Of a stretch of 64,000 nucleotides of DNA, positions 47,164 to 57,133 are shown in pieces (the first letter of the stretch is position 1; every line of letters begins with the position of its first letter). This stretch comes from a virus, in IMG/VR virus record IMGVR_UViG_3300035698_008781, positions 1 through 64,000 of that record. One strand, 5' to 3'. Under the pieces are notes generated by a model that did no database searches, was not told where the DNA came from, and saw nothing but the letters and a program-made list of their open reading frames with translations. The position numbers and the translations under genes were made by a program.

Positions 47164-47557
47164 AAAGAAAACAATGAGTAAAAACAAACAAGAGTACTAT
47201 TTTGTATATGGTACATTAAAAAGAGGACATGGTAATTGTCAAAGAGTATTTGGTAATTCTTTAACTGCAGAATTTGTAGAAGAAGCTATTACAGAACCTA
47301 AGTTTAATTTATATAATTTAGGACCTTTTCCTGGAGTAACTGAAAATGGTACAACAGCTATTCATGGTGAAATATGGTCTGTTTCAGATGATGAAACTAA
47401 ACAAAGATTAGATAGTTTAGAAGGTTATAATTCTTCATCACCTAAAAGTGGATTATATAACAAAAATACAATTTTAGTAAACAATAAAAATGTAAATATC
47501 TATTTAATTAATAGAGAAATTAGTAAAAACAAATTAGAAAACGGAAAATGGAATTAA
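47144..47557 (+). CDS. gamma-glutamylcyclotransferase (AIG2/GGACT-like)
   Basis: YFVYGTLKRGHGN, GPFPG, GEIW, LDSLEGY. Confidence 0.9.
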   Translation: MTHYHFKKKTMSKNKQEYYFVYGTLKRGHGNCQRVFGNSLTAEFVEEAITEPKFNLYNLGPFPGVTENGTTAIHGEIWSVSDDETKQRLDSLEGYNSSSPKSGLYNKNTILVNNKNVNIYLINREISKNKLENGKWN

Positions 47558-48588
47558 TTAAAGTAAGAGACATAGATTTAATTCATGATAAAAAAGAATT
47601 TAAATGGGATACAGCTGAAGCATATACTACAATTATTTATTATGGGGATCAAAGAAAATGTTCTTCAAGAAGAAATATTTATGATAATGAATACTGTGGA
47701 TTAGGTTGTTGCACGTCAGCAGCTGATCAAATATATGGTTCTAATATAAATATAGGTGAATTTATGATAGTAAAATATAAGTTATCATCATTACCTTCTA
47801 CGTATCGTGAATTATCTTTCATTAAAAAATGGATTAAATTTATAAATGATACATTTAGTTTTGCTAAATTAGAAATAGTAGGTTATAATGGTAAAGAAAC
47901 TAAATCTGAAAATAGTAGATTAGCTTTACATAATTATTCTTTAGAAGTAAGTGATAATGCTGTTTATATTTTAATAAATAAAACTTTCTTACAGACTGGT
48001 AATAGAAACTATAAAAATTTATTACTTTTATCTTTAGTTAGATATTTAAGTAATTCTGAATATATAATGTTACCTTATGATATTTTAAGATTAAGAAAAT
48101 TAAAATCTTTAAGTCATTTATCAAATTGGGATGTAATGAATATTGCAAGAATGGCATGTACTTTCAATACAGGACCTCATGATTATTCTAAATCATTTCC
48201 ATATTTAAGAGATTATAGATCACCAATGTATAATTCTTTAATAAATCTATATGTATATAATAATTTAAATGATGTTACTTTAAAATTGTCACAAGGTTAT
48301 ATGCAAAATAAATCAGTAAAAAAATATGATAAAAAAGGAAATTGTATGCTTATAAAAATTTCACCTTTATATTTAATGCATTTATTTCAAAACAAACAAT
48401 ATTTAAAAATTTATAATTTACTTAATGATGAAAAATATTATACTAATGATGCTGAAAATTATTATAGATATGTAGCATTAGTTCATGGGATTAATAATTA
48501 TAACGATTTATCTGATAGTTATGACTTTTTCAATAGAATAAATAAAACTTTTAATTATAAAGAATATGCGAAAAAATATATTAAATAA
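47548..48588 (+). CDS. hypothetical protein in the amidoligase cluster
   Basis: 346 aa, overlaps its neighbours. Confidence 0.55.
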   Translation: MELIKVRDIDLIHDKKEFKWDTAEAYTTIIYYGDQRKCSSRRNIYDNEYCGLGCCTSAADQIYGSNINIGEFMIVKYKLSSLPSTYRELSFIKKWIKFINDTFSFAKLEIVGYNGKETKSENSRLALHNYSLEVSDNAVYILINKTFLQTGNRNYKNLLLLSLVRYLSNSEYIMLPYDILRLRKLKSLSHLSNWDVMNIARMACTFNTGPHDYSKSFPYLRDYRSPMYNSLINLYVYNNLNDVTLKLSQGYMQNKSVKKYDKKGNCMLIKISPLYLMHLFQNKQYLKIYNLLNDEKYYTNDAENYYRYVALVHGINNYNDLSDSYDFFNRINKTFNYKEYAKKYIK

Positions 48589-49342
48589 TATAACAATAGG
48601 TTCTGATTTAGAATTATTTATAAAAAGTAAAGAAACTGGTAAATTATCATCAGCTATTGGTATGTTTGGTGGTACAAAAGAAGAACCTAGATATATAGGT
48701 GAAGGATGTTATGTTCAAGAAGATAATATTTTATTAGAAGCTAATATACCTCCTGTCACAACATTTAATGATTTTCATAAAAGTATTGAATATATCAAGA
48801 ACTATGTTACTGAAAATTATCCAGATGTTGAATTATTATATACATCAAGTGAAAAACCAAGTTTAATGTTATTATCAGATGATAAAGCTAGAGAGTTTGG
48901 TTGTGATCCTGTATTAATAATTGACTATAACGAAGATGGAGATGTTGTACCAGATATGGATTTTGAATTGGGAATTGAAAATAAAAAAAATTCTAATTTA
49001 AGAACAGGTGGTTTTCATATACACTTTGGTTATGAAGAACCTAACATTGAAACAAGTAGAGAAATAGTTAAACTTTTTGAAAAAAATGTAACACTACCTT
49101 TATTAAAATTTGATGTAGATAAACATAATAGAAGACAAAGTTATGGTAAAGCTGGTGAATATAGAATAAAACCATATGGTTTAGAATGTAGATCTTTAGG
49201 AAGTGCTTTACTTAAAGATGAAAATACTTTGAAAATGGTTTGGGATGGTGTTCAAAAAACAATATCTGAATTTAATCAAGGTGAAAGAGTATCAAAGCAA
49301 GAATTTGAAATAATAAAAGAATTAATTAACACACATAAATAA
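48566..49342 (+). CDS. phiEco32-like COOH-NH2 ligase type 2
   Basis: TIGSDLELF, GGTKEEP, QEDNILLE, FGCDP, RTGGFHIHFG, RR..YGKAGEYR.KPYGLECR. Confidence 0.9.
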   Translation: MRKNILNNITIGSDLELFIKSKETGKLSSAIGMFGGTKEEPRYIGEGCYVQEDNILLEANIPPVTTFNDFHKSIEYIKNYVTENYPDVELLYTSSEKPSLMLLSDDKAREFGCDPVLIIDYNEDGDVVPDMDFELGIENKKNSNLRTGGFHIHFGYEEPNIETSREIVKLFEKNVTLPLLKFDVDKHNRRQSYGKAGEYRIKPYGLECRSLGSALLKDENTLKMVWDGVQKTISEFNQGERVSKQEFEIIKELINTHK

Positions 49343-49350
49343 AAACAATA

Positions 49351-51096
49351 ATGTTTATAACAATAATAATAATTTTAGCAATTTTACAAATAGGGTTTAA
49401 TTTTTTATTTAAACCTAAATATAATAGGTTGAACTGCGGACTTTTTGGAGCAGCAGCTGACGATATTAACAAAATTAATATTAACAAAATAAAAATTCTT
49501 GGTATCTTCAATGATACTAGAGGAGGTCATTCATGTGGTTTATCTATTGATGGTGACATAATGATTGGTACATATAAAGAAAAATTATTTAAAGATTTTA
49601 TTGTAGATAATTTCATTGGTTCACCATTAGAGATACCAGTTGTAATAGGTCATACTAGATATGCAACAAGTGGTAGTCATAATGATGTTAATGCTCATCC
49701 TTTTGGATTTGGTAATTATGGCGATCATAATGATTATTTTAGATTTATAGGTGCACATAATGGATCTTTAGTTAATCATAAAGAATTAGCTCAAGTGTAT
49801 GATGTTTCTTTAACAGAACCTGCATCTACTAAATATAATGCTAAAATGACAAGAGATAAAATTGATTCAGAAGTATTATTAGAAATAATTTATAGAAATG
49901 GATTTAAAGTTTTAGAACAGTATGATGGTGCTGCCGCATTATCTTTTTATGATACAAAAGAACCAAATGTAATATATTTATATCATGGTAAATCAAATCT
50001 TAATAAAAATGTTACTTTTGAAACAGAAGAAAGACCTTTATATTATTATCAAGATAGTGAAAATATATTTTATTATTCATCTATTAAAGATTCGTTAGAA
50101 GCAATTAATGATACAGATGGTGAAATTAAAGAATTTGAACATAATAAAGTATATAAAATTACAAATGGTAATGTAAAAGAAGCTGTTAAATTTAAAATTA
50201 ATAGATCTAAATGTGTCCAAAAACATACTACTTATAACTCAATAACAACTATTGATTATACTAATAAAAAATGGGATCAAGATTTAAAAAAATGGGTTGA
50301 GAAAGATTCTAAAAAAGAAGAAGTTAAGAAAATTGAAGAAGCTAAATTAGATTTAAATGATTTAGTTAACCATAAACTTGATTTTGAGAAAAATAAGTTG
50401 GTAGAACAGGAAGTTTACTATGAAAATTTAAGATTTTTCAAAAATAAAAATTTATTAGAGGGTATTTGGGTAATAGATGAAGATGGTAAATTAAGATTTG
50501 TTTGTCATTCTGATTCAATGTTAGATAAAATTTACGAAGATGATACTACTATTAAAAAAGTAGATGGTGATCCAATATTTTTCTATTTTTATAGAGGAAT
50601 AATGTTAAGAAGTCAAAAAGACTATGAACCAGTTAAATCATATGGCAACAGTCTAGGTTTACCTACAGATATTAATAAATTAAGTCATGTGAGTGTATAT
50701 CCTATTAGATCTGAAAGTTATGTTGATAGTTTATCTTTTTTCAGAGGTTCTATTGCGAATTTAAGTTTTACTAATTTATTTACTAATAATTTAATTACTT
50801 TGAATAATGGTAAATGTACTTCAATACGTAGAAAAGAGCAATCTTTTAGTGATAATAAAAAATTCTACTTACCTGAAGATATTCAATTGATTGAAGATAT
50901 AATGAACCCTAAAGAAAAAGGTGTTGAAACTGATGAAGTTAAAGTTAATGATATATATTCAGAAAATATCTTAGCAACCGTTGATTATTGCATAGATGAT
51001 GTAGATGATTCAATTGATGAAATTGGTGTTCAATCTAAATTTAAAACAAAATTAGAGCTTATAAAAGAGTTCGTTATTAATACATTAAAATTATAA
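49351..51096 (+). CDS. class II (Ntn) glutamine amidotransferase with hydrophobic leader
   Basis: C29GLFG, RGGHSCG, IGHTRYAT, NAHPF, GAHNG, DSE, ERPL. Confidence 0.85.
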   Translation: MFITIIIILAILQIGFNFLFKPKYNRLNCGLFGAAADDINKININKIKILGIFNDTRGGHSCGLSIDGDIMIGTYKEKLFKDFIVDNFIGSPLEIPVVIGHTRYATSGSHNDVNAHPFGFGNYGDHNDYFRFIGAHNGSLVNHKELAQVYDVSLTEPASTKYNAKMTRDKIDSEVLLEIIYRNGFKVLEQYDGAAALSFYDTKEPNVIYLYHGKSNLNKNVTFETEERPLYYYQDSENIFYYSSIKDSLEAINDTDGEIKEFEHNKVYKITNGNVKEAVKFKINRSKCVQKHTTYNSITTIDYTNKKWDQDLKKWVEKDSKKEEVKKIEEAKLDLNDLVNHKLDFEKNKLVEQEVYYENLRFFKNKNLLEGIWVIDEDGKLRFVCHSDSMLDKIYEDDTTIKKVDGDPIFFYFYRGIMLRSQKDYEPVKSYGNSLGLPTDINKLSHVSVYPIRSESYVDSLSFFRGSIANLSFTNLFTNNLITLNNGKCTSIRRKEQSFSDNKKFYLPEDIQLIEDIMNPKEKGVETDEVKVNDIYSENILATVDYCIDDVDDSIDEIGVQSKFKTKLELIKEFVINTLKL

Positions 51097-51098
51097 AT

Positions 51099-52607
51099 AT
51101 GGCAACAGTGAAAGTCACTACTTTAAATGGTGAAGTAATTTTAAAAAAAAATGCTAGAAAAATAAAAGGCATTAATGGGGAGTTTAATTATTACAAAATA
51201 GGTAATTTAAGCCAACGTAATTCAGGAGACTGTTATCAAATTAACAATATTTATTATACTGTTGAAAAAGGAAGAATAGAATGGGATCATCATGAACAAA
51301 TATACCAATTGAAATCTAGATTACAAAAAGGTATAGTTGATGAAGAATATAATGTAGGTTACTTTAGTAAAGAAATAAAAGCTATAAAAATATATTCTAA
51401 AGCTGAATTACCAATACTATATATTAATGAATCAATTATTAATAAAAATATTTATATTAAAGTTGGAGAAGATTATTATGATAAATCCATAGTTGATTAT
51501 AAAAAAATATTTCCTAGAAAACAAATTTCAAGAGAAGAAAAGAATGAGTTAGAATATAATTTTAAAAATTATTTACCACAAGGTATTGCAAATTATAATA
51601 AAAATTATAGTGTTACACAAAAAGATTCTTTTATTGAAAAAGTATATTCTTTAAATTCAACATTAATTAATAAATTTACATTTGGTGTTGAATTAGAAAC
51701 AACTTCTGGTATGATACCTAAAGAAGTTTATGAAAGATTAGGAGTATTACCTGTAAAAGATGGTTCAATTTCAGGTTTGGAATTTGTAAGTATTCCATTA
51801 TCTGGTTTAAAAGGATTATATACATTAAAAGAAATTATTGAGGCTGTAAATATGTATACAGATCATGATTACACTTGTTCTATGCATATACATGTTGGTG
51901 GTAAAGGTGTACCAAGAACTGAAGAATTTATAGTTGCTATGTTTAAAATGGGATTCTTTATTCAAAAAGATTTCTATAGAATGTTTCCAGGCTATAAAGA
52001 AATTCACGATGGTACTAAAAGACAATGTTATACATCACCTTTAGATTCTGATTTATTATCTAAATTAGAGTATCTTAATGATACACCTAATAAATTATCT
52101 AAATCTTTTAAACACATTGTTCATAGATTAACTAATCACCATGATGCTTTTTCTGTATCAAAGAGGTATTCTATAGCTGATATAAATAGTCATCCTAGTG
52201 ATCCATCAGAAAGAAATAAATGGTACATGAGAGAACGTTATAAATGGTTAAACTTAATACCTTTAATATTTACAAATAAACAAACTATTGAATATAGAAT
52301 TTTTACAGTACCAGATACTGTTAAAAAAGGTTTATTATTTTTATTAAGTAGTTTAGCAGTAACTGATTTTGTAAATACAAACAAAAGTGCTATTTTAGCT
52401 GATCCTGAAGGAGTATATGGATGTAATTTAGAAACAATTTTTTATAGAGCTTTTCCTGTGACAAGTATATTTAATCTATTTACAGATAGGAGAAATTCTG
52501 TAGATTATATTAAAAAGATGAAAGGTACATTTTTTGAAGAAAAAGATGTTGAATCATATAATAGTTTATTATCTAAAATAAATAGTTTAGATGGAATTAA
52601 TCTTTAA
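51099..52607 (+). CDS. putative amidoligase (glutamine synthetase-like fold)
   Basis: FTFGVELET, DGSISGLEFVS, CSMHIHVG, RYKWLN, TIEYR. Confidence 0.8.
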   Translation: MATVKVTTLNGEVILKKNARKIKGINGEFNYYKIGNLSQRNSGDCYQINNIYYTVEKGRIEWDHHEQIYQLKSRLQKGIVDEEYNVGYFSKEIKAIKIYSKAELPILYINESIINKNIYIKVGEDYYDKSIVDYKKIFPRKQISREEKNELEYNFKNYLPQGIANYNKNYSVTQKDSFIEKVYSLNSTLINKFTFGVELETTSGMIPKEVYERLGVLPVKDGSISGLEFVSIPLSGLKGLYTLKEIIEAVNMYTDHDYTCSMHIHVGGKGVPRTEEFIVAMFKMGFFIQKDFYRMFPGYKEIHDGTKRQCYTSPLDSDLLSKLEYLNDTPNKLSKSFKHIVHRLTNHHDAFSVSKRYSIADINSHPSDPSERNKWYMRERYKWLNLIPLIFTNKQTIEYRIFTVPDTVKKGLLFLLSSLAVTDFVNTNKSAILADPEGVYGCNLETIFYRAFPVTSIFNLFTDRRNSVDYIKKMKGTFFEEKDVESYNSLLSKINSLDGINL

Positions 52608-53259
52608 AACATGGTTTAATCCACTTAAAGATATTCTATATAGTAATTATTTTAATACACTAATTAAACTATTAGATACACAATATGGTTTATCTAGATT
52701 TGCATTTAATAAAATAAAGATATATCCAGAAAAAAATAAAGTATTTAATTGCTTTAATTGTGATTTTAATAGTTTAAAGTTAGTAATTATTGGAAGCAAA
52801 CCTTTTGAAGAATATTCAGAAGGTTTAGCTTTTGATAGTACTGATTCTAAAATAAGATTATATCCTATTTCTGAATTATTTAGAAAAACTATAGAAGATC
52901 AATTTTATGATGGTTTTAATCTAGATCACGACTGCACTCTTGAATATTTAGTTAAGCAAGATGTATTACTCTTAAATGAAAGTTTAACAGTACAAACAAA
53001 TAAGTCAAATATTGATGATTGGAGAGAGTTTATAACATTTGTTATAAATAAAATTCAAGAACGTCATACAGGTATAATATTTTATATTAATGAAAATAGT
53101 AAATTGAAGAATATTATAAATGTTAATACTCAATATTTATTAACTTATAAAGACCCTTTACAATTTGTAAATAAACCTCAAGAATGGGATTTAGATTTAC
53201 ATGCTGTAAATAACATTATTAGAAATAATAATGGAGAAGAATATATAATTAAATTTTAA
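52591..53259 (+). CDS. uracil-DNA glycosylase family-1-like protein with degenerate catalytic motifs
   Basis: IYPEKNKVFNCF, KLVIIGSKPF (vs GQDPY), GLAF, QDVLLLNESLTV. Confidence 0.7.
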   Translation: MELIFKTWFNPLKDILYSNYFNTLIKLLDTQYGLSRFAFNKIKIYPEKNKVFNCFNCDFNSLKLVIIGSKPFEEYSEGLAFDSTDSKIRLYPISELFRKTIEDQFYDGFNLDHDCTLEYLVKQDVLLLNESLTVQTNKSNIDDWREFITFVINKIQERHTGIIFYINENSKLKNIINVNTQYLLTYKDPLQFVNKPQEWDLDLHAVNNIIRNNNGEEYIIKF

Positions 53260-53331
53260 AAATATGATAGCAATTTTATTAGGTTTATTATCAGGTATGT
53301 TTTTATATTTATGGTCAAATGAAGAATAAAT

Positions 53332-53727
53332 ATGGCAAATAGAAATAGAAACGCAGGAAATCAATATGAAAGAGATATTGTAAATGAATTAAAAGAATTA
53401 GGGTTTGATACAGTAGTTACTTCACGATCAGAATCACGTAATATGGATAATGCAAAAGTTGATATATTTGATCCTGAAGGTAACTTTCCTTACTTTATAC
53501 AAAATAAAGTATTAAAAAGTTATCCTAATTTAAATGAATTAATACATGGTGAGGATGTTCATAAAAAACTACCTTTACTTGTATTCCATAAAAAAGTCAT
53601 AAAGAAAAACACAAGATTTTTTACAGAAGGAGAGTTTGTGAGTATGGACAAGCAAACATTTTATGATTTATTAATACAAGCCTATGGAATTAACGAAGAT
53701 GAACAACTTAGCCAAGACATGCTTTAA
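53332..53727 (+). CDS. Holliday junction resolvase-like PD-(D/E)XK nuclease
   Basis: RNAGNQYERDIV, SRSES..MD.AKVDI, IQNK. Confidence 0.7.
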   Translation: MANRNRNAGNQYERDIVNELKELGFDTVVTSRSESRNMDNAKVDIFDPEGNFPYFIQNKVLKSYPNLNELIHGEDVHKKLPLLVFHKKVIKKNTRFFTEGEFVSMDKQTFYDLLIQAYGINEDEQLSQDML

Positions 53728-53953
53728 TCAAAAAGATTATAGCTGTTTTATGGCAAAAGTTAATAACCAACAATTAAACGGTGCAAGGTTATTTGTTGAA
53801 GAAAAATTGGATGAAGTTATATTTAGTAATAAACTTCAATCTATTGCACATAAACAACAACAATATGTTAATTTAAAAAAATTAGATAATATTGTTACAA
53901 ATGAATATATAAATCAAATTGACACATATGGAGCAAAGACAATTAGTAAGTAA
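53684..53953 (+). CDS. hypothetical protein
   Basis: 89-aa ORF. Confidence 0.5.
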   Translation: MELTKMNNLAKTCFNQKDYSCFMAKVNNQQLNGARLFVEEKLDEVIFSNKLQSIAHKQQQYVNLKKLDNIVTNEYINQIDTYGAKTISK

Positions 53954-54926
53954 TAATATAAGTTATTCATTATTAAAGTCTTTTGATGAAAATGGACCCA
54001 AAGTACTAGTAGAAACTAAAAAAGTATATACTAAATCACTAGACTATGGTTCTAAAGTTGATGATTTTATTACAATGACAAAAGAAGAGTTTAATAATAA
54101 CTATTTAGTTGTACAAAATGTTGAATCAGGAGATTTGTTTAAATTAGCTGAATTTGTTGTAAAAGCAAATATTAATTTAAAAGAAATTAATGATAAAATA
54201 TTAGATAAAATATGTCAAATAAGTGTTGATAATGAATTATTCAAAAGAATAAAATTAAAAGAATCTAGGATAAAGAAATTTAATGTACAATCATTTTATG
54301 ATGTTTGTGATTTAATTGTTGCAAATCCTGGTAAAACATTTATAGAACCACATGAATATAGTAAATTACTTCAAGCAAAATCTTCTTTATATAATCATAA
54401 GTCAACTAGAAACTATTTTAATATTTTTGGTAATGTCGAGGAATTACATCAAGTGGTTTTAAATTATGAGTATAAAGAAAAGAATGTTAAATGTGTATTA
54501 GATAAATTAATAATCAATCATGATGTAAAAACAATTCAAGGTATTGATTTAAAAACAGGTTCTCCAGATACAATGGAGTTTATGCATAATTTTTTCAAAT
54601 ATAAATATTATTTTCAAGGTGCATTATATCAAAATGGAATATTCCAACAATTTGAACATATATACCCTGATTATGAAGTTTTACCTTTTAAATATATATA
54701 TTTACCTACTTTTAATATTAATAATCCTAAAACATTTATATTAACAAATAAATGGATTAATGCAGCTTGGGATGGTTTTACAACTAAATCAGGTTATAGA
54801 TATAGAGGTATAAGTGAATTAGTTGATGAAATTAAATGGCATATTAAAAATCAAGTTTTTAATGAAACTAGAGAGTTTTACAATAATTTAGAAATTGAAT
54901 TGAATGATGATTTTATAAATTTATAA
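53919..54926 (+). CDS. PD-(D/E)XK exonuclease (DUF3799/RecE-like)
   Basis: SYSLLK, KCVLDKL, IDLKTG, Y..QGALY. Confidence 0.75.
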   Translation: MTHMEQRQLVSNNISYSLLKSFDENGPKVLVETKKVYTKSLDYGSKVDDFITMTKEEFNNNYLVVQNVESGDLFKLAEFVVKANINLKEINDKILDKICQISVDNELFKRIKLKESRIKKFNVQSFYDVCDLIVANPGKTFIEPHEYSKLLQAKSSLYNHKSTRNYFNIFGNVEELHQVVLNYEYKEKNVKCVLDKLIINHDVKTIQGIDLKTGSPDTMEFMHNFFKYKYYFQGALYQNGIFQQFEHIYPDYEVLPFKYIYLPTFNINNPKTFILTNKWINAAWDGFTTKSGYRYRGISELVDEIKWHIKNQVFNETREFYNNLEIELNDDFINL

Positions 54927-54929
54927 TAG

Positions 54930-55502
54930 ATGGAGATGAAAGAAAGGATAAATGTAGATATGACTCCAAATAGATCAAAAAGATATCTTTTACCTTTATT
55001 GTCAGAATTTGTTAATTTTGATAATTCAGTAACAGATGCTTTAATAAATAGTTATATATTTGATAAAGATGATACACATAAAAATTGTATATATTTATTA
55101 TTTGAATATGACTTAAAAAATCCTAAATTTACAAAATTTGAAAGTGAATTAAGTAAAATGAAAGGTTATATAACACATTATGATTTAGAAAATAATATGG
55201 TGTTATATGTAATAAAGTTTCCTAAAGAATACATGGCTGAATATAATCATTATAAAAATGGTAAATATTCATTATTTGATATTGACGCTCAAGAAGTAAT
55301 ATTTAATTTTTTACAAATACAAGGAGTTAGTAATAAATTCATTGTAAATTTGGAAAGAATATTTGAAAAAAATAGTATATTAAAAGCTCAAATTGAAAAA
55401 GCATTAGGTGTAACTTTAGATGATAATTCAGAACTTGAAGAAATTATGGATCAATCAAATGAAACTATAAATATTAAAAAATATATTAACAATTATATAT
55501 GA
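54930..55502 (+). CDS. conserved crAss-like hypothetical protein
   Basis: YLLPLL...GKYS...EKALGV.L....EL. Confidence 0.55.
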   Translation: MEMKERINVDMTPNRSKRYLLPLLSEFVNFDNSVTDALINSYIFDKDDTHKNCIYLLFEYDLKNPKFTKFESELSKMKGYITHYDLENNMVLYVIKFPKEYMAEYNHYKNGKYSLFDIDAQEVIFNFLQIQGVSNKFIVNLERIFEKNSILKAQIEKALGVTLDDNSELEEIMDQSNETINIKKYINNYI

Positions 55503-55933
55503 AATTAAAATATAAAAAATTAGATAAAAAAGCAGTAAAACCCATGTATGCTAAAGAGGGTGATGCGGGGTTAGATCTTGTAGCAACTAAAATAGCAAAA
55601 AGCGATATGTTTTCAGTATGGTATAATACAGATATTGCCGTAGAGATACCTAAAGGTCACTTTGGAATGTTAGTTCCTAGAAGCTCTATTTCTAATGATG
55701 GTGCATTATCAATGGCTAATAATATTGGTATTATTGATGCAGGTTTTAGAGGTGGAATGCAAGTACGTTTTAATAGAACATTAAAAGGTATTTTTACAAG
55801 AAAACAATATAACGTTGAAGATAGAATTGCCCAATTAATTATAGTACCTTTTAAAGTTGCTGAATTAGAAGAAGCTATCTTTTTATCTAAAACACAAAGA
55901 GGAAAACTTGGACATGGTAGCACAGGAAAATAA
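55499..55933 (+). CDS. dut: dUTPase (trimeric)
   Basis: GDAGLDL, PRSS, GIIDAGFRG, RIAQLII, RG..GHGSTG. Confidence 0.95.
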   Translation: MKLKYKKLDKKAVKPMYAKEGDAGLDLVATKIAKSDMFSVWYNTDIAVEIPKGHFGMLVPRSSISNDGALSMANNIGIIDAGFRGGMQVRFNRTLKGIFTRKQYNVEDRIAQLIIVPFKVAELEEAIFLSKTQRGKLGHGSTGK

Positions 55934-55945
55934 AAATACATAATT

Positions 55946-57133
55946 ATGGATGACATTGGTAAAATAGGTAAACTATTAATGATGAAAGAACCCTTTTATG
56001 GATTTTTTCTCTTAAACTTATACAAAAAGTTTAGCAATAGTTTACCTACCGCTGGTGTTGGAAAGCAAGGTATTAATCAAATGCTTTATATTAATCCTGA
56101 ATTTTGGGGGAGTTTATCAGATAATCACAAGTTAGGTTTGTTAAAACATGAATTACTACATATTTGTTTTTTTCATTTAACAACTAGAAGTCATTATGCT
56201 GATCCAAAATTATTTAATATAGCAGCAGATTTAGAAATAAATCAATATATTGATTCAACATGGTTACCTGAAGGAGGTATAACTATGGCTACATTTCCAA
56301 CACTAACATTACCAGCAAAAGCTGGTACAAAATATTATTATGATGAATTATTGAAAAATAGTAAATCTGATAATCCTGATAAAAATTTACAAAGTTTAAT
56401 GCAAGGTCAAGGTGAACTTCATGAAGGTGATGGTTCAGGTCAAGGTGATATGCATGGTACTTGGAAAGAATTTGAAAACTTATCTGAAGCTGAAAAAAAA
56501 CTTATACAAAATCAAACTGAACACATATTAAAAGAATCAGCAATTGTAACTAATAAATCAAGAGGTACTATACCTGGTGAATTAAAAGTAAAAATTGATG
56601 AATTGTTTGAAGTTAAAGAGGAAGTTTTTAATTGGAAAGCTTATTTAAGAAGACAAGTTGGTTCATCATCAGAAGTTTATACTAAAAAATCAAGACGAAA
56701 ATTATCTAAACGTTTTGAAGATAATGCAGGTATAAAAATTAAAATGAAGCATCATATTCTAGTAGCAGTAGATACATCTGGTTCAGTAAGTAATGGAGAG
56801 TTAATGGAATTCTTTAGTGAAATACATCACATTTACAAAGCAGGTACTAAAGTTACTATTATAGAATGTGACACAAAGATAAATGATATTTACCCTTATA
56901 ATGGTAAATTTAAAGGTTCAGTAAAAGGAAGAGGTGGTACAGATTTTACACCACCTATTGAATATTACAATGAACATAAATCAAAATTTACATCATTAGT
57001 ATTTTTTACTGATGGTTACGCACCAATTGATTGTAAACCCATGAAAAAAATGTTATGGGTTATATCATCAAATGGTACAGAGGAAAAAGGATTTCCAGGA
57101 TATATAATAAAAATACCAAAAACAAATGAATAG
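55946..57133 (+). CDS. metallopeptidase-like + vWA protein (DUF2201-like), MoxR partner
   Basis: HELLH, NIAADLEIN, AVDTSGSV, GRGGTDF, FTDG. Confidence 0.85.
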   Translation: MDDIGKIGKLLMMKEPFYGFFLLNLYKKFSNSLPTAGVGKQGINQMLYINPEFWGSLSDNHKLGLLKHELLHICFFHLTTRSHYADPKLFNIAADLEINQYIDSTWLPEGGITMATFPTLTLPAKAGTKYYYDELLKNSKSDNPDKNLQSLMQGQGELHEGDGSGQGDMHGTWKEFENLSEAEKKLIQNQTEHILKESAIVTNKSRGTIPGELKVKIDELFEVKEEVFNWKAYLRRQVGSSSEVYTKKSRRKLSKRFEDNAGIKIKMKHHILVAVDTSGSVSNGELMEFFSEIHHIYKAGTKVTIIECDTKINDIYPYNGKFKGSVKGRGGTDFTPPIEYYNEHKSKFTSLVFFTDGYAPIDCKPMKKMLWVISSNGTEEKGFPGYIIKIPKTNE

